Of a stretch of DNA of 64,000 bases, positions 1-10,500 are shown in pieces. The stretch is from Candidatus Poribacteria bacterium (GTDB lineage: Bacteria > Poribacteria > WGA-4E > PCPOR2b): the NCBI GenBank assembly GCA_965222435.1, contig OZ244950.1:6688785-6752784 (forward strand). The letters run 5' to 3'. The first letter of the stretch is position 1, and every line of letters starts with the position of its first letter. A program made the translations under genes and the position numbers. The notes beneath the pieces are model-generated. The model saw only the letters and a list, made by a program, of their open reading frames with translations, was not told where the DNA came from and ran no database searches.

Positions 1-61
1 AGTCCTAAAGAGCAGCATCGGCGGTTGAACGGCACCCTAAGCCGAGCAAGCGAAAAGGGAA

Positions 62-2056
62 GTGCCAATGGAAAATTGGAACGCGGGAAAACGCTCTGAC
101 TCTCGGTCACAAGCAGGAGAACAGGAGAGAAAACCGAACGCTTTTGGTCCCAATCGAACCCAAGGGATTTCATGGAAAGCTGTCGTCTTTGCTGTTGTGC
201 TCATCCCACCCAACATCTACTGGATCGCCGTGGCAGAAATGGTGTGGACCGGATTGCATTTCACCGCTGTATCACTCCCGTTGAATGTAATCTTCATTCT
301 GTTTTGGCTCATCGGTTATAACGCGGTTGCGCGTCGAATCTCCCCTCGGTTAGCGTTCTCACAGCAGGATCTATTGGTGATTTACATCATCCTAGCAACA
401 TCGAGCGCAGTTGCGGGCTACGATAGCCTTGTTGGGCTGATAGGTGTTATGCCACACATAACATGGTATGCAACGCCCGAAAACGATTGGGGAAATCTGT
501 TTGCTGGACATCTGCCGCCATGGCTAATCATAACCAACAGAGAAGCCGTGCATGATTTTTACGTTGGAGAGGTCGATTTTTACGGGGCGAGTTATTGGCA
601 ATACTGGTTAATTCCCGCTATCAGTTGGACATTTCTTGTGTTAACTATAACCATCTTGCTGCTCTGTATCACCGTCGTCCTGCGGCGTCCTTGGACGGAA
701 CAGGAGAAACTGACCTATCCGATCATACAACTGCCGCTTTCGATGAGCAACCCCAGAACCCGACTGTTTCACAGCCGGTTGTTCTGGATCGGCTTCGCGG
801 TGGCAGCGGTTGTTGACATTATCAACGGGCTAAACTACCTCTATCCTAGCGTCCCCTATATACCGGTGCGGGGTATCCGACTCGATCACTATTTCACAGA
901 AAAACCGTGGAACGCCATCGGATGGACCCCCATCCGTTTCCGCTTCTTCATGATCGGCATGACCTATCTGCTGCCACTGGATCTGTCCATCTCCTGCTGG
1001 TTCTTCTACATACTCCGCAAAGTTGAACGGATTACCGGTGCTGTCACCGGGTGGTCAAATATTCCGGGATACCCTTTTTTGGGACAACAATCAATGGGGG
1101 CTGTGCTAGGAATCTGCATAATTGGCCTAGTCTCTATCAACCGTCATCTGCGGGATGTGGTCAAAAAAGTCTGCTTGGGTACAGGAATAGACGATTCTCG
1201 CGAACCGTTGCGGTATCGCGGCGCAGTTTTTGGTATTGTGATTTGCAGCGTACTGCTCGGTATTTTTGCACAACAGATGGGATTATCGCTTTGGGTGGTT
1301 GTCGCCTTCTTCCTCCTTTTTCTGATGATGTGCATTGCTATGGCACGCATCCGCGCTGAATCCGGCGTACCGGAGCATATCATGCACGTGGTCTCTCCGC
1401 AAGATTCGCTCGTGAGTTTGTTGGGAACTCGCAGCTTCGGTCCCCGTAACCTTTCGGGCTTATCCCTTTTCGTGTGGTTCAGCTATCGCAAGAGAAACTA
1501 CTTGATGCCGCATCAACTCGAAGGTTTCAAGATTGCCGAACAGACCGGTTTTTCAAGCCGCCCTGTCTTTTGGTTTCTGATCCTTGCAACCGGAGTGGGA
1601 CTCCTTTCAGCATTCATCATTTTTCCGCAGGCTCTCTATCGCTACGGTGCCGAAGCGCGCGCCGGTGGGATGAGGGCAGTTGGGTGGGATGCCTTCAACC
1701 GATTGTCCGACTGGTTGCAGCACCCTCGCTCACCGGATTGGATTGGCAATGGCTTTTTGCTTTTGGGACTGTTACTGACATTTGTCTTGACTTTCTTACG
1801 TCGCACGTTACTCTGGTGGCCATTTCACCCAGCGGGCTATGCGTTAGCGACGAGCCGTTGCATCGATGATTACTGGTTTACGATAGTTTTTGCCTCGACG
1901 CTGAAGTGGATAATTTTGCGGAGTGGCGGTGCCCGGGCATATCGCCGATCGCTTCCGTTTTTTCTGGGACTGATTGTGGGAGATTATATCTTCGCGTGCG
2001 GATGGTCGCTGCTTGGGATCATCTTAGATCGCCCCATGTATACGGTATGGGTGTGA
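62..2056 (+). CDS. Polytopic membrane protein, DUF6785/DUF6784-like (putative peptide/OPT-like transporter)
   Basis: 664 aa with many hydrophobic segments and the motifs 'YATPENDW', 'W..QEKL.YPIIQLP' and 'WWPFHPAGY'; clear paralog of 2111..4084. Confidence 0.7.
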   Translation: MPMENWNAGKRSDSRSQAGEQERKPNAFGPNRTQGISWKAVVFAVVLIPPNIYWIAVAEMVWTGLHFTAVSLPLNVIFILFWLIGYNAVARRISPRLAFSQQDLLVIYIILATSSAVAGYDSLVGLIGVMPHITWYATPENDWGNLFAGHLPPWLIITNREAVHDFYVGEVDFYGASYWQYWLIPAISWTFLVLTITILLLCITVVLRRPWTEQEKLTYPIIQLPLSMSNPRTRLFHSRLFWIGFAVAAVVDIINGLNYLYPSVPYIPVRGIRLDHYFTEKPWNAIGWTPIRFRFFMIGMTYLLPLDLSISCWFFYILRKVERITGAVTGWSNIPGYPFLGQQSMGAVLGICIIGLVSINRHLRDVVKKVCLGTGIDDSREPLRYRGAVFGIVICSVLLGIFAQQMGLSLWVVVAFFLLFLMMCIAMARIRAESGVPEHIMHVVSPQDSLVSLLGTRSFGPRNLSGLSLFVWFSYRKRNYLMPHQLEGFKIAEQTGFSSRPVFWFLILATGVGLLSAFIIFPQALYRYGAEARAGGMRAVGWDAFNRLSDWLQHPRSPDWIGNGFLLLGLLLTFVLTFLRRTLLWWPFHPAGYALATSRCIDDYWFTIVFASTLKWIILRSGGARAYRRSLPFFLGLIVGDYIFACGWSLLGIILDRPMYTVWV

Positions 2057-2110
2057 AAAGCCCGATAAAACCTTCGGAAGATTCATTTGACGTTTGAGGT
2101 TGGCAACAAA

Positions 2111-4084
2111 TCACCCGGGCAACGCACCGCGATAGTCCACCCCTGTAAAAATGCCGACGACCATCCACAAACCGACGATGCCATATTCACCGAGAATCAA
2201 CCCTATGAACAACGGTCTGAGTTTACGGTAACTCCCAACCCCTCCGGTTTTCATAATTAAATACTTCAGAAGCCAACCGATAAACATTGACGCCCAAAGA
2301 AAATACGATGAATAGACGGCCCCCATCACATAGCCGATTGGATGCAATTTCCACCAAATAAATTGATGGCGCATCACGAGGAGAAAAGAGATAATTCCGG
2401 TGCCGACAAGCATGCTGTAAATTTCAGCCCATTTTGCTCCCTTTGGATACTGAATCACCGAGGCTATATGGTTAAAATATCTGGGTGACCTGACGAAGGG
2501 ACCCTGCTGTAAGTTTAGCGCACCTTTGTCATAAATCAGCGGTAGCGACGCAACATAGGAAACGCCTATCGAAAAGAGAATGGCGAGTGCTATCGCCCAA
2601 GATAGGCTTTTTCGATTGAGTTTCACAGGATCAGCGGCTTTGAATCCGTGTAGAATACTCGGCATCAAAATCCCACCCCAATCGCGCATCATAACCCGTT
2701 GGAATCCCAAGAGGCTCCAACTGTTCGCGCCGATGATTCTCGTCCCAACTGTAGTCTCGAAATATTCGGAGGGGTACATTGGGGCTTGGATGAGCAATAG
2801 TCCGCCGTTGACGACCATCCATGTCAGGGCGGTAGAGACGATTAGAAAAAGAGCGATAATGCTCAGCGCAACCCAGAACGTCATCCCGGCGTAGGCACAG
2901 AGGAGGCCCAGTAGGAGAAATCCAAAAACCAATCCTAGCAACGCCCATCTGTAAGGGAGCGGTTCGTTGGAATCGTCAATTGCTTTGGCTGTGTGTCTTT
3001 CGGAGAACGTCTTTTTCAGTATATCCCTTAGATGGTAGCGACTGTTGTATATGAAAGCCAATACAAGCACTACGTAGACCGCCATGGTTTGTCCCCGTGC
3101 ACAGATCCAGGGATTGATCGGGATCGAAAAACCGTTGATGATCAGATACTGAACCTTGAAAAAAAGAAAGAAGAACCAGCAACTAAAAGAGACCTCCATG
3201 CTGAGAAGATATGTGATACCGATCACGGAGAAATAGAGGAACAAGCGGAGTTGGGGCCACCAGCGCATCACGATCCACGGTCTTTCGGTGAATGGTCCGT
3301 AAAGATCGTAGCGGTTCGGAATGCGAGGAAATGCGGGAAAGTATTCATGGAAGCCGTTGAGCAGATGAAATGCGGCGGCAATTGTGAATCCTATCCACAT
3401 CGCTCTGTTCTTGAAAAAGCCGCTGAGCAGGGCGTTGGGCTGTGTACGCTGAACCATTTCGGCGGACACGGCAACAAGCGGGAATATGAATCGTTCGTGT
3501 TCAACCCACTGCTTCCGCAGAATAACCGATAAACAGATTGTGACAAAATACAAAACGATGATAAATATCGTCCAAGCGATAAGCGGCTTTGCCCACACCG
3601 CCCATGGAACGAACGCTTCGCCGGTGTAGAAATCTGAAGCTGCTTGTTTGTCCCATACAACAAGCCAATCTGGAAGGTGAGGGTAGAGTGCCTCAGCCCA
3701 TTCGTTTTCTGGCGTAGCGAAATAGCGTGGCGCGACCAGATAGGGAAGCAGATACCCCATCATGCCTTTGGAAGGAATAGCGGAAGTCACGACTAGCATC
3801 ACCCACACGATCATCAATTCACCGGGATTCAACTCCGCTTTCGGTGTTATCTTTTTGAGGATGGGATTAATGCCTAGGGTGAGGATAATTAGCGCAAATA
3901 GTGCCCCCAGAGGGAAATGACTGCCGGAAATATCCGTTCCTTGAAGATAATAGTCATTATACGGCGTGACCGCTGTTTGTATGATGACCAAGGCGATGCC
4001 GATGATAATCGCTCTTAAAGACATATCATTCTCGCTGACCGGCGTTCCTGCTGGACGGTTCGATGACGAAGCGAGTTTGACCAT
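2111..4084 (-). CDS. Polytopic membrane protein, DUF6785/DUF6784-like; convergent paralog of the previous gene
   Basis: 657 aa; shares 'YFATPENEW', 'QWVEHERFIFPL', 'WWKLHPIGY' and 'FIGLILGEY' with 62..2056. Confidence 0.7.
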   Translation of the reverse strand: MVKLASSSNRPAGTPVSENDMSLRAIIIGIALVIIQTAVTPYNDYYLQGTDISGSHFPLGALFALIILTLGINPILKKITPKAELNPGELMIVWVMLVVTSAIPSKGMMGYLLPYLVAPRYFATPENEWAEALYPHLPDWLVVWDKQAASDFYTGEAFVPWAVWAKPLIAWTIFIIVLYFVTICLSVILRKQWVEHERFIFPLVAVSAEMVQRTQPNALLSGFFKNRAMWIGFTIAAAFHLLNGFHEYFPAFPRIPNRYDLYGPFTERPWIVMRWWPQLRLFLYFSVIGITYLLSMEVSFSCWFFFLFFKVQYLIINGFSIPINPWICARGQTMAVYVVLVLAFIYNSRYHLRDILKKTFSERHTAKAIDDSNEPLPYRWALLGLVFGFLLLGLLCAYAGMTFWVALSIIALFLIVSTALTWMVVNGGLLLIQAPMYPSEYFETTVGTRIIGANSWSLLGFQRVMMRDWGGILMPSILHGFKAADPVKLNRKSLSWAIALAILFSIGVSYVASLPLIYDKGALNLQQGPFVRSPRYFNHIASVIQYPKGAKWAEIYSMLVGTGIISFLLVMRHQFIWWKLHPIGYVMGAVYSSYFLWASMFIGWLLKYLIMKTGGVGSYRKLRPLFIGLILGEYGIVGLWMVVGIFTGVDYRGALPG

Positions 4085-4518
4085 CTACGCTCAGTCAACC
4101 GATCACCCGAATGCTGAAGGAAGCGCAGGAGCAACCCCCTTTCTTCTAATCTTCCTATCTTCGATTTGATACCATCAAAGTAATGCGGCATTGCAATTAT
4201 AGCACTTTTCCCGCTAAACACAGCGATAAAAAATACTTAACTGAGAGTGGCATATATGGTGAATTCTAAAAATAAATAGACATTAAAAGTAGTAGGCACA
4301 TGGGTTTGCATCCCGATCTATCGGGGTTGCTTTGAATCCCGATGGAATCGGGAGATTCAACTTGCCGGAACTACAAAGCCCCAGCGGGGTGATAGGTATA
4401 TAGAACATCGGTAAACCAGCCTCATCAAGGCGATAGGTGTGTCGTAAATTTGATTATTTCTGATATGTGTCGATCATGAAAACTCGACCTACAGACTGTC
4501 TGGCAACTTGGGTTATTG

Positions 4519-4665
4519 GCTCATGTTAAAAGAAAGTGCGAAGTGCGAAGATAAACGCGCCTCCGTACCCCCCTTAATCCCCCCGCAAGCAGGGGGAGAG
4601 TCACCCCCTGATAAATCGGGCTGTAAGTGCCTGTGATTTCTGTTGCACTAATTCTTTACATGAGC
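4519..4665. mobile_element. MITE-like element, copy 1
   Basis: Terminal inverted repeats GCTCATGTTAAAAGAA / TTCTTTACATGAGC and an internal CCCCCCTTAATCCCCCC core; aligns along its length with the reverse complement of 45943..46113. Confidence 0.75.
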
Positions 4666-4749
4666 GGGGTTATTTTAATGGCGACATGCGGAATGGAGAA
4701 GTCGCGATCTTTATGAAATGAAAACTCTAACCATAGAAGGATACAACGA

Positions 4750-6105
4750 ATGAGGCATCATTTAACTTCCATGGCTTTTGCCGTAAAATTGTTGCGTATC
4801 GGTTGCGTATATCTCATATCAGTCTCCCTTTGCGCTGCACAGGAGACAAGACAAGAAAGCGTTGCCGAACTTATGGTCAAACTTTTTTCTGACAACGAAG
4901 AGATATGGCGTCCCACTGTACAGGCTGTTGCTCGGCTAGAGGATAAAGTCGTTCTAACTTTAGCTGAAGAAGCAAGAAGGAAACCGCTACGTTCCTACAG
5001 AGTGAGGTTAGTCTTTGAAAACTTTACGAGTGCAGCGGCAAAAAAAGAACTTATCGCGCTTCTCGACGCTCAAGATGAGCGAATTTGCCAGATAGCAGCT
5101 GAAGCCTTGATGAAGCATGGTGATAGTTCTGCCGCTCCAGCATTGACGAAAGCGATGAAACGGGTTCAGGACGATCACATACGGTGGAACATCGCCCGTG
5201 CATTATGGAAAGTCGGGGCGAATGACCAATCTGCTGAAGCAATTTTAAACGTCGCCAGAAACAAAGGACAATCCAAGGACGCATTGTTTGAGATTGTAGA
5301 TAATCCGATTGGTCACAGACACATGACTGAAGCAGAAAGGTTAAATTTTCTGCTTAATTACAAATTGGGAATGATCGTTGGGGTTCCTGAAGCCCTAGAG
5401 ATTAGTCTGGATCCCCCGAAAGAATATGAACGGGAATTATTGGCCGATAATGATGATCGGTTTTTCTTGGAGAAACACCGGTCTCAGGTGGTTGATATTA
5501 TGCTTGTCCGACTGCGTGATAGAGGTTCAACAGTGGCGGCCTTGCTACTCGGCTACTTTAAGGAACCAAAGGCACTTCCAGACCTCAAAAAGTGGTTTAT
5601 TGAATCCGACAGTTTCTATGGGTGGGAAGGCGCTTGGAATGTACTGAACTACTATCAATTCCCCTCCCATCATTGCTATGAGGAAGCCATCAAGCACATC
5701 ACGGGAAAACCGATCAACGAGGTCATCAAGTTAACAGATGAACAGGTGACGCAACTGGTCCAAGGATACCGTCAAGCAAAGTCTTATGGTCAGGTATCTG
5801 AACTCTACGTGTTGTTTCGGTTAAAACCGCATATTGCTCGCGAGGAAGCGACTCGGAAATTCAGGAATTTAACGAAGGACGAGCGTTTTCTCCCTTGTCA
5901 CACTATAACTAATTTCTTGTCAAAGGGGCTTTTGCAAACGGAAGTCCGTAGGCTATTGGGAGCACCGGACAGAGTTCGGGAGTCATCATGGTTTTACGAC
6001 TGTGGAAACAGCCCGGTTGACGGTCCCAATGTTTTGACGATTACTTTTGACAATGATAGGGTTATAAAAATAAATGTGGGGCCATACAAAGATGAGCAGA
6101 AATAA
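4750..6105 (+). CDS. Secreted HEAT-repeat protein with a C-terminal SmpA/BamE-like segment
   Basis: Signal-peptide-like N-terminus; HEAT repeats ('LIALLDAQDERICQIAAEALMK', 'IRWNIARALWKVG'); C-terminal 'EVRRLLGAPD...WFY'. Confidence 0.6.
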   Translation: MRHHLTSMAFAVKLLRIGCVYLISVSLCAAQETRQESVAELMVKLFSDNEEIWRPTVQAVARLEDKVVLTLAEEARRKPLRSYRVRLVFENFTSAAAKKELIALLDAQDERICQIAAEALMKHGDSSAAPALTKAMKRVQDDHIRWNIARALWKVGANDQSAEAILNVARNKGQSKDALFEIVDNPIGHRHMTEAERLNFLLNYKLGMIVGVPEALEISLDPPKEYERELLADNDDRFFLEKHRSQVVDIMLVRLRDRGSTVAALLLGYFKEPKALPDLKKWFIESDSFYGWEGAWNVLNYYQFPSHHCYEEAIKHITGKPINEVIKLTDEQVTQLVQGYRQAKSYGQVSELYVLFRLKPHIAREEATRKFRNLTKDERFLPCHTITNFLSKGLLQTEVRRLLGAPDRVRESSWFYDCGNSPVDGPNVLTITFDNDRVIKINVGPYKDEQK

Positions 6106-6256
6106 CGGCGCATTTGAAAGAGAAATATCAGTTTGTGCGTATTGGTATGCAAACTCACAGTTTGCGTGACTTAAAATCGCGTTGCGAGAAAGGAAATTAA
6201 AAAATAATCTTAACATTTTTGAATTAATCTTCCACAGGCTAGTGCAGCCCCATCGC

Positions 6257-6293
6257 AAAAAAAAGCCCTCAGTCGAATCTAAGACTGAGGGCT
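6257..6293 (-). terminator. Rho-independent terminator of the DUF1800-DUF1501-NHL operon
   Basis: On the minus strand, AGCCCTCAGTC-loop-GACTGAGGGCT followed by T8, just after the NHL gene stop. Confidence 0.85.
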
Positions 6294-6317
6294 AAACAGA
6301 TAACCTATAAACTCAAA

Positions 6318-7313
6318 CTACTCTTGATGAAGCGTCGGTGACCGCCTCGGGGGACCGAGCTCTAGCTCCGTCAGCGGAATGGCGTGCTTCTTATAAACCT
6401 GTACCCGATAGGAGCAATTGTCCGCTATAAACAGTAGCCCATCTCCATTGATCGTCACCGATGTTGGACGCCTCAACAATTTCTGTGGCTCAAGATTCGC
6501 CATATCCCGTAGACGATTAGGACTAGCGTTTGTCATCATATAATCGATCGCGGTCTCTGACAGCGTTGCGTCTCCTAGGAATTTTTCCACGTACCTTGGT
6601 TCCGAATTGAACAGTTGTACGCGATTATTTCCACAGTCAGCCACGTAAATATCGCCGTGCTCGTCTACTGCGATATCAGTAGGTCTGCTGAACTCGCCAT
6701 CCTCGCAGCCGGACTTGCCGAATGCGAAGATAAACTTGCCCTCGGAATTGAACTTCTGCACCCTGTCGTTGCGCCAATCTACGACGTAAACATCTCCCAA
6801 CTCATCCACGGTTATGCCCCAAGGCATATTGAATTCGCCTTCTCCATCGCCGTAGCTGCCCCACTTCGAGATAAACTCGCCGTCCTTGGTAAGCTTCTGG
6901 ACTCTGTGATTCATGCTATCGGCGACGTAGATATTTTCTTCAGCGTCAAAGGCGATACCTGCGGGAGCATTGAGTTGCCCATCTCCGTCTCCATACTCTC
7001 CCCAACTGCCGAGGGACTCACCGTCTGAGTTGAACGATGCAATACAATGCTTCGCTTCGTCGGAGATGTAAAGATTCTCCTCACTGTCGGCAATAATTGC
7101 AACTCCCCACGTCGCCACACCACCAATTTCACCCAAGTTATCCTCATCCACGGAGTACTTTCTAATCATCGATGCGTCGCCATTTCGACACAATATGTAT
7201 AGGCGGTTTTCCTGTCCAAGTGCAACATCAACAGGAAAGTTGGTGTGTCGCCGCATACCTACAGTCTTGAAAAATGGGAATCCTGCGCGTAGCAGCCCAT
7301 ACGGTCTACCCAT
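6318..7313 (-). CDS. NHL-repeat beta-propeller protein
   Basis: Repeats 'G.GDGQLNAPAGIAFD..NIYVADSMNHRVQK' and 'GEFNMPWGITVD..GDVYVVDWRNDRVQKF'. Confidence 0.9.
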   Translation of the reverse strand: MGRPYGLLRAGFPFFKTVGMRRHTNFPVDVALGQENRLYILCRNGDASMIRKYSVDEDNLGEIGGVATWGVAIIADSEENLYISDEAKHCIASFNSDGESLGSWGEYGDGDGQLNAPAGIAFDAEENIYVADSMNHRVQKLTKDGEFISKWGSYGDGEGEFNMPWGITVDELGDVYVVDWRNDRVQKFNSEGKFIFAFGKSGCEDGEFSRPTDIAVDEHGDIYVADCGNNRVQLFNSEPRYVEKFLGDATLSETAIDYMMTNASPNRLRDMANLEPQKLLRRPTSVTINGDGLLFIADNCSYRVQVYKKHAIPLTELELGPPRRSPTLHQE

Positions 7314-7413
7314 GATTCACCTCCTGAAATCTGTGACGAGTGATGAGAAGGAGCGGGGAAGCCAGAGAGTTCTGACACATCTACCACTGTCCACCGCTCC
7401 ACTATCTCTTGTC

Positions 7414-8553
7414 TTATCTGCTACCAAAAGGATGGATCTGTTCAAATGTTCCATCTACGATTGGGGTGGGGTCAAGTCCCATCCACTGCTCAAGGACCGT
7501 TCCGTATATGCCACGGAAATCTATCGTATGTTCAAGGTCTTCGCCGTTTGCCCACCGAGCGGGGTCAAGGGATGGATACTCTGCGTATAGTCCTCCTTGG
7601 ACATGATCGCCAACGATGAACGCACCACCACCTGTGCCGTGGTCAGTGCCACTGGCGTTGTCCCTGATGCGTCGTCCGAACTCTGAGAAGACGAGCATAA
7701 CCACTTCGTCAGAGGCGTTGTGGTCGCGCAAATCCTTGAAGAAATCGCGAATCGCCCCCGATAACTCTTTGAGCAGCTTCGGATGCGACGGCACCTCATT
7801 TGCATGGTGGTCGTAGCCGCCGTGCTGCGTGTAAAACACCCTTGTTCCGAGGTCGGCAAAGTGAACCCGTGCGACGTCCCGCAAGCTCTTGGCAATCGGG
7901 TTACTTTCGTACTCAACTTCAGACGTATACATCGCTGGGGCTTTCTTCAGCTCGTCGGAGCCTTTAATGACATCGAGACCCGTTTGCGACAGGTAATCCA
8001 TTACGATACCGGTGCCGATAGCAGGACTGTACATCTCCTTGAATATCTCAAGGGCTTGGAGCCGCTGCGGATCAGCCTCAATATCGGTCATCAACCCATA
8101 GGTGTCAAGGTTATCAATAGAGGTAGCCGGTACGCCGGAGAGGGCGAGTGCTCTCGGTAGCCCCTTTCCGAAGGAGACACCCGTTAAGACGTTTTCCCCA
8201 TTGGGATCAAGTTCCCGAATCACTCTACCGACCCAACCCTCCGTGCCGATTTCTATCGGTTCGCAGGTGTGCCATACATCCATCGCCCGGAAATGGGAAC
8301 GGCTAGAGTCGGGATAACCGATGCCTTGCACAATAGCAACTTCACCTTGGTCGTACATATCCTTGAGGGGCTCGACATTTGGATTCCAGGCTAAGGTATC
8401 GTTGAGAGGGAGGACTTCTTCTGCCGTGAGCCCTACCACTGGCCGGGAATCGTAGTACACGCCCTCAGTATAGGGAACAATTGTGTTCATGAAGTCGTTG
8501 CCACCCTTCAGTTCAACAACGACAAGGACGGGATCTTTCTTACTGACAGCCAT
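7414..8553 (-). CDS. DUF1501 domain protein
   Basis: Motifs 'LVVVELKGGND', 'SRSHFRAMDVW', 'GGYDHH' and 'SEFGRR...GTDHG'; start moved to ATG 8553 after a GAAGGAG RBS; no Tat signal. Confidence 0.85.
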   Translation of the reverse strand: MAVSKKDPVLVVVELKGGNDFMNTIVPYTEGVYYDSRPVVGLTAEEVLPLNDTLAWNPNVEPLKDMYDQGEVAIVQGIGYPDSSRSHFRAMDVWHTCEPIEIGTEGWVGRVIRELDPNGENVLTGVSFGKGLPRALALSGVPATSIDNLDTYGLMTDIEADPQRLQALEIFKEMYSPAIGTGIVMDYLSQTGLDVIKGSDELKKAPAMYTSEVEYESNPIAKSLRDVARVHFADLGTRVFYTQHGGYDHHANEVPSHPKLLKELSGAIRDFFKDLRDHNASDEVVMLVFSEFGRRIRDNASGTDHGTGGGAFIVGDHVQGGLYAEYPSLDPARWANGEDLEHTIDFRGIYGTVLEQWMGLDPTPIVDGTFEQIHPFGSR

Positions 8554-8653
8554 GTGACTTACTCCTTCCCCGCAGGGTATACAACCCTGCAGCATATAAA
8601 ATCCGATCGTCAATTGCACGGATTAAAATCCGCCAAACCCACTTCATCCGTGA

Positions 8654-10042
8654 TTAGGCAAATTGATACTCTCTCGAAGATACAATCAGCTGCAGCATAC
8701 GCACCACTCGAGCGTTGTTCTCTTCCGCAGCATCGTCAGACCCTATGTTGAGATCGCCCTGAGACGCCGCAAACCGGGTCAGGGACTCGCGCGTCGTTCC
8801 ACCGACATCCAGCGGACCGACCAGTTCAAGGCATCTATCCACAAACTCATCGGGAGAGAGCGGGCTCCCGTTCGCTTTAAGCCGACTGATAATCTGCTCA
8901 ACACCCGGCTTGCTGGGATCGCTGAGTTCACCAACGGAGAAGTTAATGCGCTCGGTAAGCGTACCGCCATCAATCCATTCTTTGCCGGTATGCCAACCTT
9001 CTACAGTTGGGGGATTCAATAACTCCTGTCCCATCAAAGCGGTGGCTCCCGGATATTTGCCCATGCCCAGTTCGGGCTTTTGATAAGCCCCTATCAGCTT
9101 CAGGATACCTGTGACAAGCTCAGTAGGACTCTTAACCTTTTTGAATTGCGCTTCCTTGAAGAAGTTGGAGTTAAAGAGCGTTCTGAGTATATGGCGTATA
9201 TCCCCATCTGACTCCATGAAAGCGTTTGACAGCGTATCAATGGCGTCCGGATCTTGTGGCGGGGTCACGTTCCAAGATGGGACCTGCGGCTCGTCTGCGA
9301 CGAAGAAGTTGTATAGGTGTCTGGATATAAACTTCGCACAGGCAGGCTGCTGCGCGATGATGTCGATTATATCATCACCGTTCAAATTGCCTGTGTGACC
9401 CAAGAACGTCTTTTCACCATTGTCGTGTTCCTCTTCGATGAAAACGAAGTGTGCAGGATAGAAACCTTGTGGGTATAAGGGCGGAGGCTGGGTGAATGTC
9501 CATCCGGTAAAAGCGCGGGCACAATCCTTAATATCGTCCTCTGTGTAATTACCGACGCCCATTGAGAACAGTTCTAACAGCTCCCTGCCGTAGTTCTCAT
9601 TCGGTTCACCTTTCCGGTTATCGTTATTGTCGAGCCAGAAAATCATCGCTGGATCTTTTGATAGCACGAGCAGGATCTCACGCATGTTTGAAAGGCCCAC
9701 ACGCCGGAACATATCAATCTGGTTGGCAGAAGAGAGCATATGCTGATTTTTCCCAACACCCGTGGCGAACACATGGTGCCAGAACAGTGCCATTTTTTCT
9801 TCAAGCGGGCGTGGACTATTAATCATACGATACATCCACGTCGTCCTATACCCACCCTCAGATTCACCGAAGTAACGTACCAAGATATCCTCGTCAATAG
9901 GCGGGCAACGTTCTGGTTCTACCAAGTCTTCAACAACATTTTCGTAGCCCTTCTTGACGTACTCCTCTAACTCTGCTAGCGTTGTGCCAAACGCTGCACG
10001 ACGCATCAGATGGGCGGTTAAAGCAACATCGGCCTTCGACAT
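8654..10042 (-). CDS. DUF1800 domain protein
   Basis: Motifs 'HLMRRAAFG', 'EKMALFWHHVFAT', 'PNENYGRELLELFSMGVG' and 'PPTVEGW'; usual partner of DUF1501. Confidence 0.9.
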   Translation of the reverse strand: MSKADVALTAHLMRRAAFGTTLAELEEYVKKGYENVVEDLVEPERCPPIDEDILVRYFGESEGGYRTTWMYRMINSPRPLEEKMALFWHHVFATGVGKNQHMLSSANQIDMFRRVGLSNMREILLVLSKDPAMIFWLDNNDNRKGEPNENYGRELLELFSMGVGNYTEDDIKDCARAFTGWTFTQPPPLYPQGFYPAHFVFIEEEHDNGEKTFLGHTGNLNGDDIIDIIAQQPACAKFISRHLYNFFVADEPQVPSWNVTPPQDPDAIDTLSNAFMESDGDIRHILRTLFNSNFFKEAQFKKVKSPTELVTGILKLIGAYQKPELGMGKYPGATALMGQELLNPPTVEGWHTGKEWIDGGTLTERINFSVGELSDPSKPGVEQIISRLKANGSPLSPDEFVDRCLELVGPLDVGGTTRESLTRFAASQGDLNIGSDDAAEENNARVVRMLQLIVSSREYQFA

Positions 10043-10296
10043 TTTCTCCTCCTTTGATTGACGAACAATTATCGCCCCAAAATATTAAGACTCTGGATAA
10101 AAGTCACCCCTTGACATCCCCTCCGACACTAAAGCGTGGGCTGCTTACCCCGGCTCAGTGGGAAATTACACCATCAGCGAGCCCTGATCCGGGCATCGAG
10201 GCAACAAAACCTGTTTTTAGATGACAATCTCAAATCACAACCTTGGGGACTTTGGCTGATGCAGTCCAATCATATTTGAGTGAAAAAGGTTTTTTC

Positions 10297-10325
10297 ATTT
10301 TATCGCAGTTACCAAAAGCTGTCAA
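10297..10325 (-). promoter_or_regulatory. sigma70-type promoter reading toward a structured leader and DUF1800
   Basis: Minus strand TTGACA-17 nt-TAAAAT. Confidence 0.7.
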
Positions 10326-10339
10326 CCCTTTTCTTATAT

Positions 10340-10500
10340 TTATTTCATCTTTGGTCAGTCAACTACCCCGCCCTGAAGGACGGTGCTTGTGATACCGTCC
10401 ACGGGGGCTTACGGGTTTCGCGCTTCTTTCCGTTACCGGTTTTTCGGGGGTGTTTGCTACCACCGCACCTCCACGCAAGGCTATAGCAGCCTTTTTGATA
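10340..10500 (-). ncRNA. Predicted omegaRNA (reRNA) of TnpB element 1, guide starting TGACCAAAGATGAAAT
   Basis: Overlaps the tnpB 3' end and right end; blocks GCCTTGCGTG, GAAGCGCG and CCGTCCTT.AGGGCGGGGTA..TGAC are conserved with element 2; boundaries approximate. Confidence 0.65.
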
